NCBI GenBank assembly: GCA_949295025.1
Contig: CASFJK010000009.1
Location: 10,038 to 74,037, forward strand
From: an uncultured Pseudomonadota bacterium
GTDB taxonomy: Bacteria > Pseudomonadota > Alphaproteobacteria > RF32 > CAG-239
Length of the DNA: 64,000 nucleotides
Reading direction: 5' to 3'
Notes under the pieces: model-generated
Databases searched by the model: none
Seen by the model: the letters and a program-made list of their open reading frames with translations, nothing else
What the model was told of the DNA's origin: nothing
Shown here: piece after piece, positions 61,708-64,000 of the stretch
How the letters are laid out: each line of letters starts with the position of its first letter
Position numbering within the stretch: position 1 is the first letter of the stretch
Program-made: the position numbers and the translations under genes

Positions 61708-63975
61708 TTACCTGTTTTCAGACTGATATCTATCCCACATTTCTTTTTCTTCATCTTCACGTTCTTTATTAATTCTATCCATCTCATCCCAAAACTCTTG
61801 ATTCCGTTTTTGTTGACGATATTGTCTTTTGGACTTTCTTTTATTCTGAAGATATTTTCTATTAGCTTCACGACGCTCTTCTTCTGTTTTTTTATGTTTG
61901 GAACGATAATCCTCATGAGCAGCGGCCATGACAACATTTCGACCGAGTTTAAGCGTTTTTGCAGCCAATTTAAGAGTCTTACTTCCAGATTTTAAGGTCT
62001 TAGCCGCAATTTGACCGGCAATGGTTCTATCTTTAACACCATGATATAAAACATTAGCTCCGCGGCCGAGTACGTTGCCAACTTGCATGGTTCCACTACC
62101 CACAGCAGCAACGGCTCTATATCCTCCGTATAGAGTGTTATCAACGGTTTTGGCAGCAAAACCAAGAGTTTTTCCTGCAATTGCACAAGGCATTCCGACG
62201 AGTAAGGCAGTTGTCGGTTTTGTTACGTATTTTGTATATTGATAAGCAACATTAAGATGACTTCCAACCACGCCAAGAGTATCACCAACACCGGCAGCTA
62301 AAGCCAAACCGGTATCCCCAATAGCATATCCAACATTTGCCGTTGCACGCATCACGTTGCCGACCGGAGCCAGTACGGTACGAGCCACATCAATTCCTGT
62401 TAGCAGAGTTCCTTCCGCTAAGTTATAGGCACTGTCGAAAGTATTAGATGCTGTTCTGGCTACTGTCATGCCCAGAGCAACAGAAGGACGAACAACGCCG
62501 GTTCCGATGGCGCTGGCGACATCATCAATACGTCCATCACTTACATATTCAGCACCTTTTGCTGCGTTTTGCCCCAAATGTCTAACTGCAGCAATACCTA
62601 AGCCGATACCGGTTACTGTTACAGCTGCAGCCCCGAACGAATTTTTAATTCCAGTATCAGCTGTAATATTATCTTTAAAATCAGAAACTGTTTTTTGCAA
62701 TTCATGCCAATTTCGGTTCATATTACCATGCATTATACTTTGTCCGGCTTCAGCAAAATCAGCGCCGACCATACCAAAGTTATGAACCATATTTTCCCCA
62801 ATTTCACCAAAACTACGAGCATGTTCTTTACTAACCTGTATGTCATTTTGAATTTGCTGATGCATTTTAACAGCACCACTGGCAACATATTTAACAGGGG
62901 ATTTTACCATATTAATAAATTTCTCTTGAACAGAATGAGCATTAATATTCTGTACAGAGTTTTTAACGCTAGAAAAAGCAGATGCCAAACGTTGTCCGCC
63001 ATTAACGGCTCCATTTGCAATGGATTGTCCTGTGTTTATTGCATTTTGAACCAGAGTTTGACCCGCTTCAGTAAATTTTTCTACAGAAGTATCAAAACTT
63101 TGGTGTGCTTGGTTTTTCATTTCAGATTTTGTTTGAACAATCTTATTACCCAAAGCCCCAAATCTTTGTGATTGCTGCATCTTTTCAGCCAAAGCCTGCG
63201 GTGTAATAGCAGCCATGGTTTCGGCTAAAGCTCCTCCTAATTCAGCTCCGGCAGCAGCAATTTCACTACCTCCGGACTTTCCTGCAGAAACAACTTGATT
63301 AAGAGTATCTTTTCCTGGTGCCATCATAGCATTTCCGCTATTTTCCATGCCTTTACCGAGTCTATTAACGGAGTTAGCCAATCCCAAACCGATGGCAGCG
63401 CCGACTTTGCCCATTTTCCCTTGCAATTTCGTACCTAAACCAGCTTGATTCATTTGATTGTATTTATCTAAACTATCGGCAGCTGCTTTAGCATTCTTTT
63501 GAGAATCAACCCAACGACTTGATACTTTGCTAATTCCTCGACCCATAGCCTTGGTTCCGGCTCCAACTACTGCGCCGGCAGCCCCAATACCAACATTAGC
63601 AGCTGCTTTTGTAACTGTTGTTGCAGCCATTCCAGCTTGGTGTGATACAATATCTAACCCTTTTTTAAATGGTGCAGCAATTTTACTTCCCACCCAAGCG
63701 GTTGCAGCGGTTGCCATATGGTGCATCGGAGATCCAGCCGCACTTGTCATACCCGTATCAAACTTGTTTGGATAATCATTAGTGATGGAAGATATCATTT
63801 TAAAGCCATAAATATAGCAGAATAAAATAATTAAGAATGCTGGACCGGTAAAATCAAACAAAGATTGCACATATTCTTCATCATCCACTTCAAACGCTTT
63901 AAATAATGCTTCTTTTCCGGAATAAGATTGTCCTTTGTACTCTAAATTTCCTTCAGCATTAAAAGCCTGACTCAT
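61708..63975 (-). CDS. 755-aa Gly/Ala-rich protein with one N-terminal TM and a strongly basic/acidic helical tail; unknown function
   Basis: TM GPAFLIILFCYIYGFKMISSI, long G/A/V/T-rich stretches (AANVGIGAAGAVVGAGTKAMGRG; TVTGIGLGIAAV; LALAAGVGDTLGVVG), and the C-terminus HKKTEEERREANRKYLQNKRKSKRQYRQQKRNQEFWDEMDRINKEREDEEKEMWDRY. Directly upstream of the VirB6-like gene on the same strand. Confidence 0.25.
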   Translation of the reverse strand: MSQAFNAEGNLEYKGQSYSGKEALFKAFEVDDEEYVQSLFDFTGPAFLIILFCYIYGFKMISSITNDYPNKFDTGMTSAAGSPMHHMATAATAWVGSKIAAPFKKGLDIVSHQAGMAATTVTKAAANVGIGAAGAVVGAGTKAMGRGISKVSSRWVDSQKNAKAAADSLDKYNQMNQAGLGTKLQGKMGKVGAAIGLGLANSVNRLGKGMENSGNAMMAPGKDTLNQVVSAGKSGGSEIAAAGAELGGALAETMAAITPQALAEKMQQSQRFGALGNKIVQTKSEMKNQAHQSFDTSVEKFTEAGQTLVQNAINTGQSIANGAVNGGQRLASAFSSVKNSVQNINAHSVQEKFINMVKSPVKYVASGAVKMHQQIQNDIQVSKEHARSFGEIGENMVHNFGMVGADFAEAGQSIMHGNMNRNWHELQKTVSDFKDNITADTGIKNSFGAAAVTVTGIGLGIAAVRHLGQNAAKGAEYVSDGRIDDVASAIGTGVVRPSVALGMTVARTASNTFDSAYNLAEGTLLTGIDVARTVLAPVGNVMRATANVGYAIGDTGLALAAGVGDTLGVVGSHLNVAYQYTKYVTKPTTALLVGMPCAIAGKTLGFAAKTVDNTLYGGYRAVAAVGSGTMQVGNVLGRGANVLYHGVKDRTIAGQIAAKTLKSGSKTLKLAAKTLKLGRNVVMAAAHEDYRSKHKKTEEERREANRKYLQNKRKSKRQYRQQKRNQEFWDEMDRINKEREDEEKEMWDRYQSENR

Positions 63976-64000
63976 AAGTCTAATCGCATATGAAGAAGAT

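Noticed and set aside
61680-61937. 85-aa minus-strand ORF overlapping the 3' end of the 755-aa gene
   Set aside because: It is an alternative frame of the same strand that fully overlaps the lysine/arginine-rich tail coding region of the longer ORF, with no separate RBS. The longer ORF explains the region.

Overview
AT-rich 64-kb window with no rRNA, CRISPR array or IS element. Gene content (DUF1058-type SH3 protein, TlpA-like thioredoxin, Gpt, porin-like OMP) suggests an alphaproteobacterium, possibly host-associated; this is inference. Layout: (i) 1-10.7 kb holds a P4-type tyrosine integrase running off the left edge beside a truncated tRNA-like 5' half. It also holds housekeeping genes separated by clean hairpin terminators and a TerY-P-type triad (vWA / PP2C / membrane-anchored Ser/Thr kinase). 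(ii) 10.8-23.4 kb, minus strand, is a complete R64/PAPI-1-style type IVb pilus locus. It encodes a TcpQ/PilL-like lipoprotein, lipoprotein secretin, PilO, PilP-like protein, GspE-type ATPase, GspF-type platform, three pilin-like genes and a PilT/BfpF-like ATPase. (iii) 23.7-51.3 kb, plus strand and divergent from the pilus locus, is a VirB-type type IV secretion operon with many departures from the canonical layout. These are three tandem VirB2 paralogs (one carrying a ~580-aa C-terminal extension), then VirB3 and VirB4. Six secreted coiled-coil proteins sit where VirB5/VirB6 normally lie. Next come VirB8-VirB7-VirB8, a VirB9 fused to a SPOR-like domain, a 1243-aa repeat protein, a 1692-aa VirB10 whose canonical core follows >1100 aa of the same repeats, and VirB11. 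(iv) 51.4-57.2 kb, minus strand, is a four-gene operon including a secretin-N0-like lipoprotein and a 1040-aa hyper-acidic protein with seven near-identical 105-bp in-frame repeats. (v) 57.3-64 kb, minus strand, holds a dual-HTH XRE/S24-like regulator, a 1067-aa VirB6/TrbL-like protein with an extra N-terminal periplasmic module, and a 755-aa Gly/Ala-rich protein. No VirD4 coupling protein, relaxase, stand-alone VirB1 or prepilin peptidase is visible in the window. All calls rest on motif-level reading of the translated ORFs; no database search was possible.
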